A stretch of 64,000 nucleotides of DNA from Geosiphon pyriformis uo1 (GCA_016748015.1 JAAOMT010000503.1:459669-523668); one strand, 5' to 3'; positions 36,870 through 49,770 are shown, numbered from the stretch's first letter. Made by a program: numbers and translations. Notes: generated by a model not told the origin, from the sequence alone.

Positions 36870-39800
36870 GTTTGGTTCAATGATTATAATTGGTTTTAAA
36901 TCTTGTGGAATTTCATCTGGTTTAACTAGTATTTTCTGTACTTTTAATTGTAGAATATTACTGGTAGATGATAATGCTATATAATAACATTGTTTCAGTC
37001 AATCACCATGTGCTGCTTTGATTAAGATTTTGTTGTTCAATCTTAATTTATAAGCTCTATTTTCAAGAATTTTTTCTATGTAAAATGGTTCATCCTATTT
37101 GGAATCAAATTTTCTACTCCATTGTTTTTCTGCTTTAGTATGATGTAGAAGTACTTTGTCTCTAATCTTGAATTCAACTGGTTTCTTTGGTAGTTGGTTA
37201 TTGTGTCTTTTTTGTGACTTTTGGATGTTATCAGCTGCTCTTCATTGTGTATTTTCTAGTGTTTCCATTAAGTCATATGTCTTTTTCAACAATGTTCTTT
37301 GAAAATTCTCTTCTGTTATTGATTCTGTTGAATATGTTTTAACTTCTATCTCAACTGGTAATGTTGCTGTTCTACCATATACTAATTTAAATAGTGTTGC
37401 TTGTGTAGTGTCTTGCTTTATTGTCTGATAAGCAAATAATACTGATGATATAATCAAATCCTATTCATCCTGGTTTTTTTGGCTGATTTTAGCAATGGTT
37501 TCACACAATATTCTGTTAAAATTTTCAACTAATCCATTTGTTTGTGGATGGTATAGTGATGATAATAGTCTTTTTATCCCAAATTTTTGACTTAATTCTG
37601 CCAATGTTTTATTCACAAAGTGAGTTCTTTGATCTGATAGTAGTTTTTTTGAACATTCATGTCAACAGATTAAATCTTGATGAATAAATTTGGCAACAGA
37701 TTCTGCATCTGCTCTTTGAATGGCTTTTGCTTCTGGCCATTTTGTGAGATAATTCATGGCTACTGCAATATATCTGTTGCTTCTACTGGTTATTGTTAAT
37801 GGTCTAACTAAGTTAATTCCAATATAATTGAATGATTGTCCTACTCTAATTGGTCTCAATAGTTTATTGAATTTTGTTCCTTTTCTTTTCTGACAAGTGT
37901 CACAATTTTGCACATATTAGATGATATCCAGATATATTGATGGTCAATAATATCTTTTTCTGGTTTTTTCTATAATTGGTTCTTTATAAAAATGTCCTGC
38001 TGTTGGGTTTAAGTGCATATTAAATAATATTATTTCTTTCTCTAGTTGGTTGATCTGAATTTTTTTTGTTTTTCCAGTAAAGTATATTTTAATGGTTGAT
38101 AAAATATTTTGATTGTTGTTTGATATGGCTTTGTTCTTTTGGAGATAATTTCTCCTTAAACTGCCAAGTATTTATATAATGTTTGAGTTGTTGGTATTTT
38201 TGTATATTCATTTTTTGTTATATATATTTTTTTTTTGGTTAAAATGTTTTTAGATTTGTCTTATTTACAACAAACTATCAGCATTTCTATTGTTTTTTCT
38301 TTTTTTATAATGTACTGTGAATGTATATAGTAATAGTGCTATTTTCTATCTTGTATGATGATTATCTCCAAATTTTTCCTTTTGGATTGAAATCAATTCC
38401 TTGTAATTAGTGTACACATCAAACTTTTGATTCAAGTATTCTTTCTATTTAGTGACAGCCCAATAGATAGCTAAGTGTTTAAGTGCTAAAGTTCTATAGT
38501 TCTTTTCAGCTGGACTTAAGCTTTTGCTAGCATATGCTACTAAGTGTTTTCTTCTATTTAAACTTTTCTGTGACAGTACTGCTCTTAATGCTTGGCCTGA
38601 TGCATTGGTGGTGATAATAAATGGTTTGCTGTGATCTGAATACATTAACACTGAAGCTTGAATAAGCTTTTTTCTTAATGTATTAAAAGCTTTTTGCTGG
38701 TTTTCCATCCATTCATATTTAGTGTTTTTTGATTAAAGCTGGTGTAATAGCTGAGCCAGTTTAAAAAAATCTTTGATAAAGTGACAATAGTATCTGGCAA
38801 ATCCCAAGAATGCTCTTAGTTCTGTCAAGTTGGTTGGTACTAAAAAGTTTTTGACCACTTCAATCTTGTCTGAATCTGTTTTAATATTATCTTTGCTTAC
38901 AACATGTTCCAAAAACATAAGTTCAGTTTTTTCAAAAAAACATTTGGTTGCATTTAGCTTTAATCTAACTTTTTTTAGTCTTTTAAACACTTGTTGGAGA
39001 TGATACAGATGATTATTGAATGTTTTTAAGAACACATTGGTGTTATCTAAATATATAACTACAGATTTTCATAGCAGTCTCATATAGACAATTTTCATTA
39101 GTCATTGGAATATGACTGAAGCATTTATCAAGCCAAATGGCATAACTTCAAATTCAAAATTTTTTTCTTGTATTGTAAAAGCTGTTTTTTCTTTGTCTTC
39201 CAGTTTCATGGCTACTTGCCAGTAACCACTGTCTAAATCTAAAGTTGAAAACTATTTCTTTCCTCCAAAAGCATTGAAAAGTTTTTGTATCTTTGGAGTC
39301 AAATAGCTATTATCTTTGATTACTTAATTCAATTTCCAATAATCTACACAAAAGTGTATTTTTCTATTCTTTTTATAAACTAATACTACTAGTAATGACC
39401 ATAGACTCATTTATGGTTGAATTAACCCATTGTCAAATATTCAATTGATTTCTTGATAAATGATCTCATGGCTGGCTGGTGGTACTTTGTATATTCTCTG
39501 TTTAATTGGCATTGCATCTCCAGTCTTGATTTAATGTTGGATGATATTAGTTCTGCCAAATTCATTTTTGCTGGCAAAGATGTTATTAAAATTGTTAAGT
39601 AACATCTTGAGCTGCATATGTTGTAGTGGATCTAAGTTTTTCATGTTCATTTATTCCAATTGTTTTGGTTGGAGCAAATAGTATTTATTTCATCCATTTA
39701 TTGTTTGTAATATAATATTTACATATCTGCAAAGTTGTAAAAAGTCTGGAATGGTACTTGGTGGTTGGTCTTCAACTTCAGAGCCTAAGTATTTAATAAT

Positions 39801-42800
39801 AGTTTTTTTTGGTATCTCAATAATGTGTTCAATAATGTGTTCAGTATTGTTGTGAATGGGAATTTTAATGTGTTTGTGGTTCTTGGCTGGTATGTATAGA
39901 TTAACTAATCCAATTTCTCCTGATTCACAAAGGATTGCTTCTGCTTCAAAAATCTGTATCTGATTCTTTACTTTTCTCTTTATAGCTAACATGTACTGGT
40001 CATATAGTGGAATAGAAATTGACTGATGGGTGGAGATAATTTCTCTCTTGTCAATAACTTTTTCCTCCACCATATTAATTGGTATATCTATTCTATTCAT
40101 GGATCCAAATCTTTGTATCCCTTTAATTGTAATTTTTAATTCTTTTCTGTTTTCTACTGATACTAATTGAGCTACTTTAACCAGAAACAAGAATATTGTC
40201 TGTGCTATCTTTTTATTTGGCTCTATTGTATATGTCTTTTTTGAGCCATTTTGTAGTATTGCAATAATATTTTCTATATACCCTGCATCAATTATTCCTT
40301 CTTTGATATTGATTCCTTTTTTGGCTAAGCTACTCCTAGAAATTAACTGAACTATTGTTGTTGCTGGAATTTCCAGTGCTATTTTAAGATTAATACATGT
40401 GCGTAAATATGGTTTCAATTTGATGGCATCTTTTCCTGAATATCTTAGATCAAATCCAGCATCAGTATCATGTGTATGTTTTGGCATAATACTTTTATTA
40501 TTATTGTTAAACTATTTAAGTTTCTGCTTCTTGGTAAGGTTAGGAAGTGTGATAAATGTTTTGGGATTTGAATCAGAATCTGAATTGTTATTATTTTTCT
40601 TGCCATATTAAGTAAAACTAGAATCATTGTTTTCATTATCATTATTGTCAGAGTTTGAATTGGGATTGTAAATTGATTCCAATTCTAATGTGCAACTACT
40701 GATTGGTACTTTTTCCTTTGAGATTATGTAGATTATGTGGATTGGCAGATTGTAAATGAGATCACACTTATTACAATATTAAAAGTTACATAGGATTAAA
40801 TAGTGGTCACATAATTAGGTGTTTATCTCTTTCAAGCATTGTTCTTGCTCTTCTCTTATTGGTGCCAAATTTTGATAATGTTTGTAAAATTTCTCTGGGC
40901 CTGTCTCAATATTCAAAAAGATGTCTGGATTGAGAATAAGAATGATGTCAACTAGTTCCGGAGGATTGTTCTTTATCTTTAGAATCTCACTAAGTAAAGT
41001 GTCTTCTATTTTGGCATTGGCCATTCACCAGATCTTGTTTTCATTATGTGGGTAACCATTCAAGTAAAAAATTGCTCAGTGCCAGACAGCAGTAACAGAT
41101 GTTTTATAACTTACTCAGTTACTGATGAGAATCATATATTAACATGAAGCATCACACGTTCTTTCTTGACTAGGAATGTCATTTTACATTCTTTCATCAA
41201 GTAATCATTCATTACAAATGAGACATGGCTTGTTATTTCACTTTTTTTGTTTTTTTGGGTAGCCATAGCATTCTCTATGACACAGCTTATAGTAGTAGTG
41301 GATTTTTGTCCAATAGTCTTTGTCAGGTGCAATCCAAGCTTCCATGAAAGAAAGTTTTTTTCTATAGTCCTTGTATTTGAGAGGTATATATGGTGGCTTC
41401 TTTATTAGTTTATGTGAGTACTCTTTTTTCCAGTCATTAGTCATTCCTTCTGTGGTGGTGGTTTCTTTAGGTATGTCTTTTTCCTTTCCTTTTTCTTTGT
41501 TGTCCCAGAAAAATACTGATGGTAACTCATTGTGTTCCATGTTGGTCCAGAAAACTTGGTATGCTTCCCAGGTAAGTTTTTTTTCTTCTTTTTCGAACTC
41601 AATGAGTAGTGCTGATGGCATGATAATAGGCTTGAAGTGGTCACACATGGCTGGTACACATGTGTATTGACCATTCTGGCTAAGCTAGAGCTCTTGAGTG
41701 TTCCAATCAAGTGTCATATTGGTTTTGAACAATCAGTCATTGCCAATGAGTGCTTGGTATTGAGTGGCTTCCATAACTAATATCTTGATTGGTATAATAA
41801 TATCGTTGACTTTGATGAATAGGTCATTTATTTTACCAATTGGAGTCTTGGTGGCTTCATTAGCTGTAATTATCCTTGTACTGGTAGCTTGATTAACTTG
41901 GCAACCTAATTGGTTTATGAGCTGTCTTATGATGATACTGTCAGCTGATCCACTATCTAAGATCAGTTTGATGGAATGGCCATCAATTTTGGCATTAGTT
42001 TATATCATAGTAATGGGTTTTTCCTCAAAAGCAGCTCTACTGAACAAAGAGACTTTTGATGGTTCTTCAATTTCAAAGGAAAATATAGCTACAAGTGACT
42101 CATCTTCTATGATGGTGGCTAATGGAATGTTGCTGATAAGTGTTGGTTGTTGGTTAGTTTTCAGATTATTGGGTTAAGTGTCTTTTAAAATAACCAAGAG
42201 ACTTAAATAATATTGGAAATTCGAGTTTTGTGTGTACCCAGTTCCTGAATTCCGAGACCATAATCCTAATTGTTGTGTAGAGAAGCTGGGGATTAGTTGG
42301 TAAACAACTATTGCTGATCTCCAATTTTGAGTGACTCTTGATCTAGAGTTTTTTAATGTCATTTGAGCTGGATTTGATGACAGTATTTGAATTGCAGATG
42401 TCTGATAAATTATTTGTGACTGCAGTGGTTGATATATTACTTGTGGCTGTGGTTGATAAATTGGGGTTTAATATATGGTTGGTTGATAAATAGGCTGCTG
42501 CATTATTGGTAGGTAAGTGGATTGATATTGATCTTAATTTACATAATAATTCAGCATTTAAAGTCCATAATTGGGTTTTTATATTGATTTTCCAATTGTA
42601 TATTACTATAAGAATGGCAGTTAGCTTGAATATGGCCTTGTTTACTACAGTTGTGGTAGACACATGTCTCTGGCTGCCATGGCTGATTGGATGATAATGA
42701 CGGATATGGCTGATTTTGGAAATGATTTGCATTTTTGAAATTATTGTGTCATTGTGATGGTTAATAAATTCCGCAATTGTCAGTTAAGTATCTCTCAATT

Positions 42801-44362
42801 TTCTAATTGATTGAATCACTGAATTGCTTTAGTTTGGAATCCAAGTCAGATGATTCATTTATTACTAGATTTATGGCTTAAGTGTGATTAGCTTCTAATT
42901 CAGCTAATTCAAAATTTCTGGTGCATGTGACTGTGTCTTGTAAGTTGACTAGATATAGTGGCCATATGTGTTACAGAATACTACTGCATAATACACAAAT
43001 AAACTGATTCAGAATCTGGGCTGTAGTAAAATAATTGGCATCGATGGCTTGTATTTGGCATAGATTTTGATGGAAATATTCCAAGTAAGTGGTGACTGCT
43101 TCAGTATCTTCTTGTTTGATGGTGGTGAAGATATTGGCCAAGCAATTAATGCTGTTGCTGTTACTAAAATATCTTAAAAATTCTAATTTAAATGCATCAA
43201 ATGTTTGGGGTTTCTGAACTAGGCTATGATATCATAAATTGACAGCATTTTGAAGAAAATAGGAGATTGCTTGAAGAGCTCTGGCATCATTCCAGTTATT
43301 AGTAATGATGGCTTTGGTAACATCATTGATCCATGTTTGGGCATCATCCTCTTTGCCAGAAAATTTTTCTAGCTTTGTAATAGGTGTGTATGCCATTTGT
43401 GCAATTAGTTGTTAGTGTAGTGATTGAAGTTGTTGTTGTAACTGTTGAAGCAGCTGCTGAGGTTGTTGAGATGGTTAAAGTGGCTATTGAATAGGTTGTT
43501 GAAGTGGCTGCTGTTGAATCAGTTTAATAATCAGTTCAATTGGTGACTGATTGATAACAATTACTGAAGGTAAGTTTTGCTGATTAATTGTTTTGGGATT
43601 TGGATTGTTTTAAGTTTGCTGGGTTTGAATATTTGGAGTTTCAACTTTTGGATTTTTTAGGATTGGGTTTTGGTAAGTAAATTTCTGATCCTCACTTTTT
43701 TCTTCTTCTGATTCAGTTACTTCTCATGAACTTGCAGTTCTGAAATCTGGTTGAGGTAGTGGTAATCGAAATTCTGATGGTGTTGGTGATCATAATTTAA
43801 ATCCTTCAAAATATTCACTATATGGTCCTAATAACTCTGCTTTTTTTTGCTTATTTTAAAATAAAAATTGTTCAAAAGTTAATGTTGCATTTGATGTGAA
43901 CACATCTGTTGAGAAGATATTGATGACACTTTCTAGTGTATAATAATATGATAAATTGGTTGGTGATTTAACTCTGGTTTTCTTCCAAGTAAATGGTTGT
44001 ATCTTTTTGAGTATTACTACTGGTGTTTGCAATTTTCCTTTGTCTTTGTCTATGTAGATAATAGGGAATTGTTGTTGGGTATATCTTTTAATGGTTTGAT
44101 TGATTTCCTTAATGATTGGTACAAAACTGTAATTCTTTGGTAAACTGGTATGTTAAAACAATTTTGTATAAAAAATTTTTCTTACAGATTCAATGTTAAC
44201 TGTTCTTCCTAAGCAGTTTGTGATTTTATTATTAACGTAAAAGTTAAAGACTAATTCTGCTGGGAAATGGTTATTGTTTAATCCTAATTGTTGGCTGTAC
44301 TGTTGAAACAAAAATTTGGTGAATTCTAAATAGTTTGCTCCTATAATTTCTGATTCTGCCAC
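36870..44362 (-). pseudogene. gag-pol polyprotein of element 2: Gag, protease, Cys-rich domain, dUTPase, RT, RNase H, integrase
   Basis: Gag PITKLEKFSGKEDDAQTWIND; protease LILDSGS; dUTPase DAGFDLRY, SRSSLA, GIIDAGY, KIAQ (40100-40490); RT YLDN (D>N); RNase H TNASGQALRAVLSQ; integrase CDTCQK and TKWPEAKA. Confidence 0.92.
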
Positions 44363-44405
44363 TTTTGTATAATTGTTGTTGGTGCTGGTTCTCTGTAAGA
44401 TTATA

Positions 44406-44422
44406 CCTCATAGGGAGCACCA
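44406..44422 (-). promoter_or_regulatory. Primer-binding site of element 2 (shared with the non-autonomous element at 32825 and 45472)
   Basis: TGGTGCTCCCT(A/G)TGAGG, complementary to a tRNA 3' end ..CCUCACAGGGAGCACCA. The shape fits elongator Met, Ile(UAU) or Thr; not resolved. Confidence 0.85.
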
Positions 44423-45599
44423 AATATTACAGATGATTATTTGGGGTCTCAAATCAAATAACAAAACTTGTAACTTGGTGCTCAGAAGCTATTTGTGATG
44501 ATAGTGATCTGAAGGTATTATTATCTGAAAGTTTTGGTTGAGTTTTTTGTATAATAGGCAAAGTTTTAATAGGTGTTTATTCATAGCTTTCCAGAATCAC
44601 AATTCTGTCAATTTCTTTCTTCAGCTTAATGGCCAGTACTCTTCTGATAAGTAATCCATAATTCTTTTATGTGCTTTACCTATTTGCAGAGGTCTTTTAC
44701 CAGACAATTCTTGATGTCAATAACTCAGCGCTTTAATTTTTTAATCAATTAGTACATGATAAAAAATAAAAAAAAATAAAAAAAATAAAAAAAAATAAAG
44801 AAATAAGCCAAGATAATAAAGTTAATATTCCATCAATAGCCATAATCAAGAGCTATTATTCCAGTATGGTTAAGTATCAATTATTATTAACATAAAGTAT
44901 TGATAGTGAAAAGTAGATTTGAGATAGTAATTAATTATTTATTTGATATTTGTGATGTAGAAAGTTGATTAGATCAAATCTAAACTAAAAGGTCTGTCTT
45001 TTTTTACTTCTAATACTACTGATATATATATATAATTGAGATTTCTCAATTTCTTAATTTTTTACACCAGAAATCTTGCAATTTCTTTGAAAAAAATTTT
45101 GGAATTCTGGAATTCTGTGATTTCTTATATGAGAATCCTGAAATTCTTGGAATCCTGCAATTTCTTTGAGAGAAATCCTGGAATTCCATATTTACTATGG
45201 CTATTTCTGATTGGCTAATTTATATGTTAATATACTTTCTATATTCTATGAGTTACACTGGCCATTAAGTTGAAGAAAGAAATTAACAAAATTGTGATTC
45301 TGGGAATCTATAAATAAACAACTATTGAATCTCTGTTGATTATACAAAGAACTCAACCAAAATCTTTAGATAACAATATCTTTAGATCACTATTATCGTG
45401 AATAGCTTCTGAGCACCAAGTTACAGATTTTGTTATTTGATTTGAGACCCCAAATAATCACTTATAATATTTGGTGCTTTCTGTAAGATATAATCCAACA
45501 GAGAATTAACACTAGTAACAACCATACAAGAAAGTAGCAGACCAAGAGAAAACAAGGGAAAATCATTTAGTATTCATGAAATCTTTATTTTACTATTAT

Positions 45600-46140
45600 C
45601 TTTGATAAAAAATTATTAAATTCAAACTCCAATTATTCAAGACCCAATTATTAAAACCCCAAACATTCAAAAATTACTGTTGATAAATTTGTCAAAACTC
45701 ATTAAATTCAAACTTTGATTATTCAAAATCTGATTGTTAAAACCCTGAATATTCAAAACTTACTGTTGATAAATTTGTTAAAAATTCATTAAATTAAAAC
45801 TCTAATTATTCAAGACCCAATCATTAAAACCTTGAACATTCAAAAATTACCATTGATAAATTTATTAAAACTTGTTAAATTAAAACTCCATTTATTTAAA
45901 ACCCAATTATTAAAACCCCAAACATTCAAAACTTACCTTTAATAAACTTGTTAAAATTCATTAAAACTCTGACTATTCAAGACCTGATTGTTTAAAAACC
46001 CAAACATTTGAAACCTGATAATTCCAATCTTATTATCATACAAAAAAACTTACCATCGATAAAACTTGTTAAACCTTTAGTAATTCAAACTCTAGAAATT
46101 ATTCAAAAACCCAAATATTTGAAGTCTGATAAATTTCAAA
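45600..46140 (+). repeat. ~85-bp tandem repeat array in the non-autonomous internal region, copy 2
   Basis: Collinear with 32955-33490. Confidence 0.85.
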
Positions 46141-48254
46141 CTCTGCTATCATACAAGAAAACTTACTTCCAATAGCCCAATAAAACCTAATTTCCACAGT
46201 ACCAATAAATCAGCAAAACTCACCTGATGGTCCTGAGTCAAAATATTGGGACATAGTCACAATCCACTTTTATGTGTCATATATTCAAATAAAAGTCAAT
46301 CAGTGAAAACAAATGAGAATTAGAATCGGAACTTAATCCCAATTCAAACTCTGTTAATAACAATGACAATTTAAACTCTGTCAACAATAATTCAAACTCT
46401 GCTTCAAACATCAAACAATATATTACACTTTTAGATCTTACAATGGAGCAGAAATTAATTAAATTCAGTAATAATAATAAAAGCATTATGTCTGAATATG
46501 CACATAATACAGATACAAGATTTGAACATGAATATTCTGAACAGATCACTATAGTTAAAAACCCCAGTCACATATAAAATTAGATTTATAAATAGCAATA
46601 GAAATTATAGCAACAACATTGATACAAAAGAGAAATTTAGAAAATTTTGCAAAAGCTTAATATAAAAAGAAGAGATAATGTTATTTATAAAGAAAACAGA
46701 TATAGAAAAATAGTAGACCAATAAGAGAGTAATAATTAGCACATGAGCACATTGTTTAGCAATGTGAAGCAATATGAAACGATGTTAGAAAATTAGGGCA
46801 TATTATTTAGCAATATGAGCATTGTTTAAGAAATCATAGCACATCACTCAAGAATGTGAGCAATTTCATAGAACATAAATTAAGTATATATAGCAGTAGT
46901 ATTAAAAGGTAAAAAATTAGACTTTCAAAGTCAGTAAGATTCTTAAAGTCAATTAGACTTGTAAGTTATAATTATTATAATTTCCAAGACCTTTTAGTTT
47001 AGATTTGATCTAAGCAACCTTCTACATCACAAATATCAATAAATAATGATTCATTATCTTAATCCACTTCCTATTATCAACACTTTATGTTAATAGTAAT
47101 TGATACTTAACCACACTGGAACAATAGCTCTTGATCACAGCTATTAACAAGATACTAACATTTATCATCTTGGCTTATTTTTTTATTTTTTTTATTTTTT
47201 TTTATTTTTTTTTGTTATTTCTTTTTTGTTGTTTATTAATTGATTAAGAATTAAGTGCTGAATTATTGACATCAAGGATTGCCTGGTAAAAGACCTCTGT
47301 GAGTGAATAGAGCACATAAAGGAATTATGTATTACTTATTAGAAGAGTACTGGTTATTAAGCTAAAGAAAAAAATTGACAGAATTGTGATTCTGGAAAGC
47401 TATGGATAAACAACTATTGAATTTCTGTTTATTATACAAAGAACTTAACCAAAATCTTCTGATAACAATACTTTCAGATTACTATCATCACGAATAGCTT
47501 CTGAATACTAAGTTACAAGTTTTGTTATTTGATTTGAGACCCCAAATAATTACATCAAAAAATTGGTTCAGGATGCTTTTGTTTATCTTATTAGTAAAAA
47601 CAACTGCACATAATCTTGGAATTCTTTTAGAGAAAGCTGGTAAAAAAATCTGCATTATAAATTGATTATTGAATATTAATAATAAAACATGTTGTGCTGT
47701 AGTTGGCTTTAAATCTGATAAGAATTTGGAATCTGTTTTTTGCATAAAGCCAATCTTTGGTGGTATAAAACTTTTTTGGACAAGAATAAATTTGGTATAT
47801 TATAAGAAATATGAATATTTTAAACATTCTGTTCTAGAGTATAATATTTCTGGTTTTTATGTTTTATTTAGCCCAAGTGGCTAGCCATATATAAAAAATC
47901 TATAAGTTATGTTTAATTTAAGCCACTTAGTTTGGTTCTATGTACTAGATAATAGTTGGATTATACTCATTAAATAAATAAAAAAATAAAAAAAAATTAT
48001 ATAAAAATCTTAAAGTAAAAAAAGATTTAATTATAATAAATTGTGTTATTAAAAATTTTATTAATGTTTTAATTAATTTGTTTAAGAATTTTACTAGTCT
48101 TAAGACTAAAATAAATTTTGTTTAAATGAATAATAATATAAATAATGCTAAAATATTAAAAAAATAACTTTCATTATAATTATTAATATTTATTTTAAAT
48201 TTGATTATAAAATAATAACTTTTTTTTTTATTTAAATAATAATAACAATATGTT

Positions 48255-48440
48255 TTACTGTAATGTTTTTTATGTATTTTGCATTTATAATTTTTTTTAA
48301 TGTTAATTTTTTTGTTTGCTAATAATAATTTTGAAACAATTTGTATTTTTGCTTTTAATGAGATTTCAAAAGCAATTTTAAGATTAATTTTGGTCAATAA
48401 CTGTGGTTGTAAGATCAAAGCTTTTTTTTTATGTGCTTTT
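48255..48440 (-). mobile_element. Isolated, heavily decayed retrotransposon dUTPase fragment
   Basis: LLTKINLKIAFEISLKAKIQIVSKLLLANKKINIK aligns to SLTKINLKIALEIPPGAMVQITSQSSLASKGINIR of element 1. Confidence 0.75.
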
Positions 48441-48444
48441 TATC

Positions 48445-49770
48445 TTATTGCTCAAACACTCTCTATGTTTTCAACAACTCTGTTTATAAATAACTATATA
48501 TGTGACAGCAACCATGCCTCTATGTGATCTTTTTTTAGGCTATTTGCTTTGTATTCGCAAACCCTACATGAAAAAAAACAGCATGATTAATATTCAATGT
48601 TGTCCTTTTAAATAAAAAAGAATTTGCACCTACAGATTATCAATAGTGTTTCTTATCCAATCCTGATCAAAGTCCTTTTGTTGATTGTATAGTGATTTTC
48701 ATGGCTCCGATCTAAAAACTTGTGTTCTGAGGTCGGAAATTGTGGTCTATTCAAATGAAGAAATTGTCAAAAACTCATTTATAAACAATGAACGAAGCAC
48801 ATAATGACCTGGAAAATACGTGCCAATTGATAACTACTAAGATATTCTAGCAAATCTTGGGGTATATCCGGATGTAATTTTAGTTTGTATGTACGATTTC
48901 CTTAAGTTCAGTTTTGGTAGACCTTTTCTTTGATGAAATTTCTGTCATCTGGATCAATAATGAAGGAATAACAGAGACTTATGACATGTTAATGGTTTAA
49001 TTTAAAAAATCAATAGCCTGATTCAAAAACAACAAGGCATTACTGTTCATAACGGCATCTCATGCCAAACTTATAGAATTCATCCTCGACAACTTTTTGA
49101 GACGCCAAGGACCATTTTTTGTTATTTTCCATTTTTTGGAATTCCTCTGTAAACCTATTAAAATTCATATTCGACATTTGCACTTTCTCAACTCTATCAT
49201 CGTCTGTCACCAAATCCGACGTTTCTTGTGGATTACTTTGCTGGACACTATTGGAACTTCCGGCTAGAGAACTAGAGCACTTTATTCTGTTTTATCCTCT
49301 ACTGAATTTAGCATAAATGCCTTTTAACATACCTTCTTACTCTCTATATAATCTGAATCCGTTTCACTTTCTAATGTTGAAGTCGGACTTTCTGCATATG
49401 ATACTGGCATTCTCTAAGTCCCTTACTAGTTGTCAATGATGGATCTGCTTTATCTAACACAGTTCTGGCTACAAAGTTTCCTTCGTAGGTATTTCCGCTG
49501 TTTGGTGGAGATGCACTTGCTTAGATTGACAATTCTTTTCCCATGTTTTTGCTGATTTATGATCAGGTCGTGAACCTTCGAATGAAAGATTGGAACAATT
49601 AGCAATATTCACAAATTAACATATCTTTTTATTTCTCATCCCATCTGAACATCAGTCAAACGAAAAGTTTATCTACGTCAGATGGGTCCAATGTTGGGTC
49701 ATCGAAAAGATTTGAACAGCAGCCCGACGAAAAGTTTGACTGTGCCCCAACACCAGTTTGTGGCATGACG
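48445..49770 (-). pseudogene. Intron-containing pseudogene of an expanded early-diverging-fungal family (possibly Crinkler-like or REase-fold C-terminus)
   Basis: Exons KWSLASQKVVEDEFYKFGMRCRYE, LCYSFIIDPDD, DQDWIRNTIDNL and YKANSLKKDHIEAWLLSHI*. TGG>TGA/TAG stops, a frameshift and truncation by the dUTPase fragment. Family call is from motif memory only. Confidence 0.45.

Larger units (their letters stand above)
34707..45257 (-). mobile_element. Full-length decayed Ty3/Gypsy LTR retrotransposon (element 2, family A)
   Basis: LTRs 44425-45257 (833 bp) and 34707-36162 (same length once the nested solo LTR is removed). PBS 44406-44422. TSD CTAA/CTGG. Same domain order as element 1. Confidence 0.94.
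22067..47551 (+). mobile_element. Non-autonomous LTR element in tandem form LTR-int-LTR-int-LTR (family A'), carrying two nested full-length Gypsy elements
   Basis: LTR1 22067-22704 plus 32579-32822; internal 32823-34057; LTR2 34058-34706 plus 45262-45469; internal 45470-46678; LTR3 46679-47551 (last ~10 bp deleted). PBS TGGTGCTCCCTGT follows LTR1 and LTR2, and a purine tract precedes LTR2 and LTR3. Flanked by ACAT/ACAT. Confidence 0.88.
21075..47995 (+). mobile_element. ORF1-only LINE derivative split by the 25.5-kb LTR nest (left arm ~21075-22066, right arm 47552-47995)
   Basis: The ORF1 frame (..LDIN...MEGKLATVKTQLIRKLFS..QKTIVKFA..LIRKDLVCIAKA) stops at 22066 and resumes at 47552 (WFRMLLFIL..TTAHNLG..CAVVGF..decayed CCHC). 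It then joins a 3' end nearly identical to 1415-1517. Confidence 0.85.

Noticed and set aside
1-47995. Alternative genetic code suggested by many in-frame TGA/TAA/TAG in TE ORFs
   Set aside because: Host genes use the standard code with clean frames, and the stops match C>T/G>A decay of Trp, Gln and Arg codons.
48560-48960. Possible J-domain gene from an HPD-like tripeptide
   Set aside because: The surrounding exons do not fit a J-domain and match a different, pseudogenised family.
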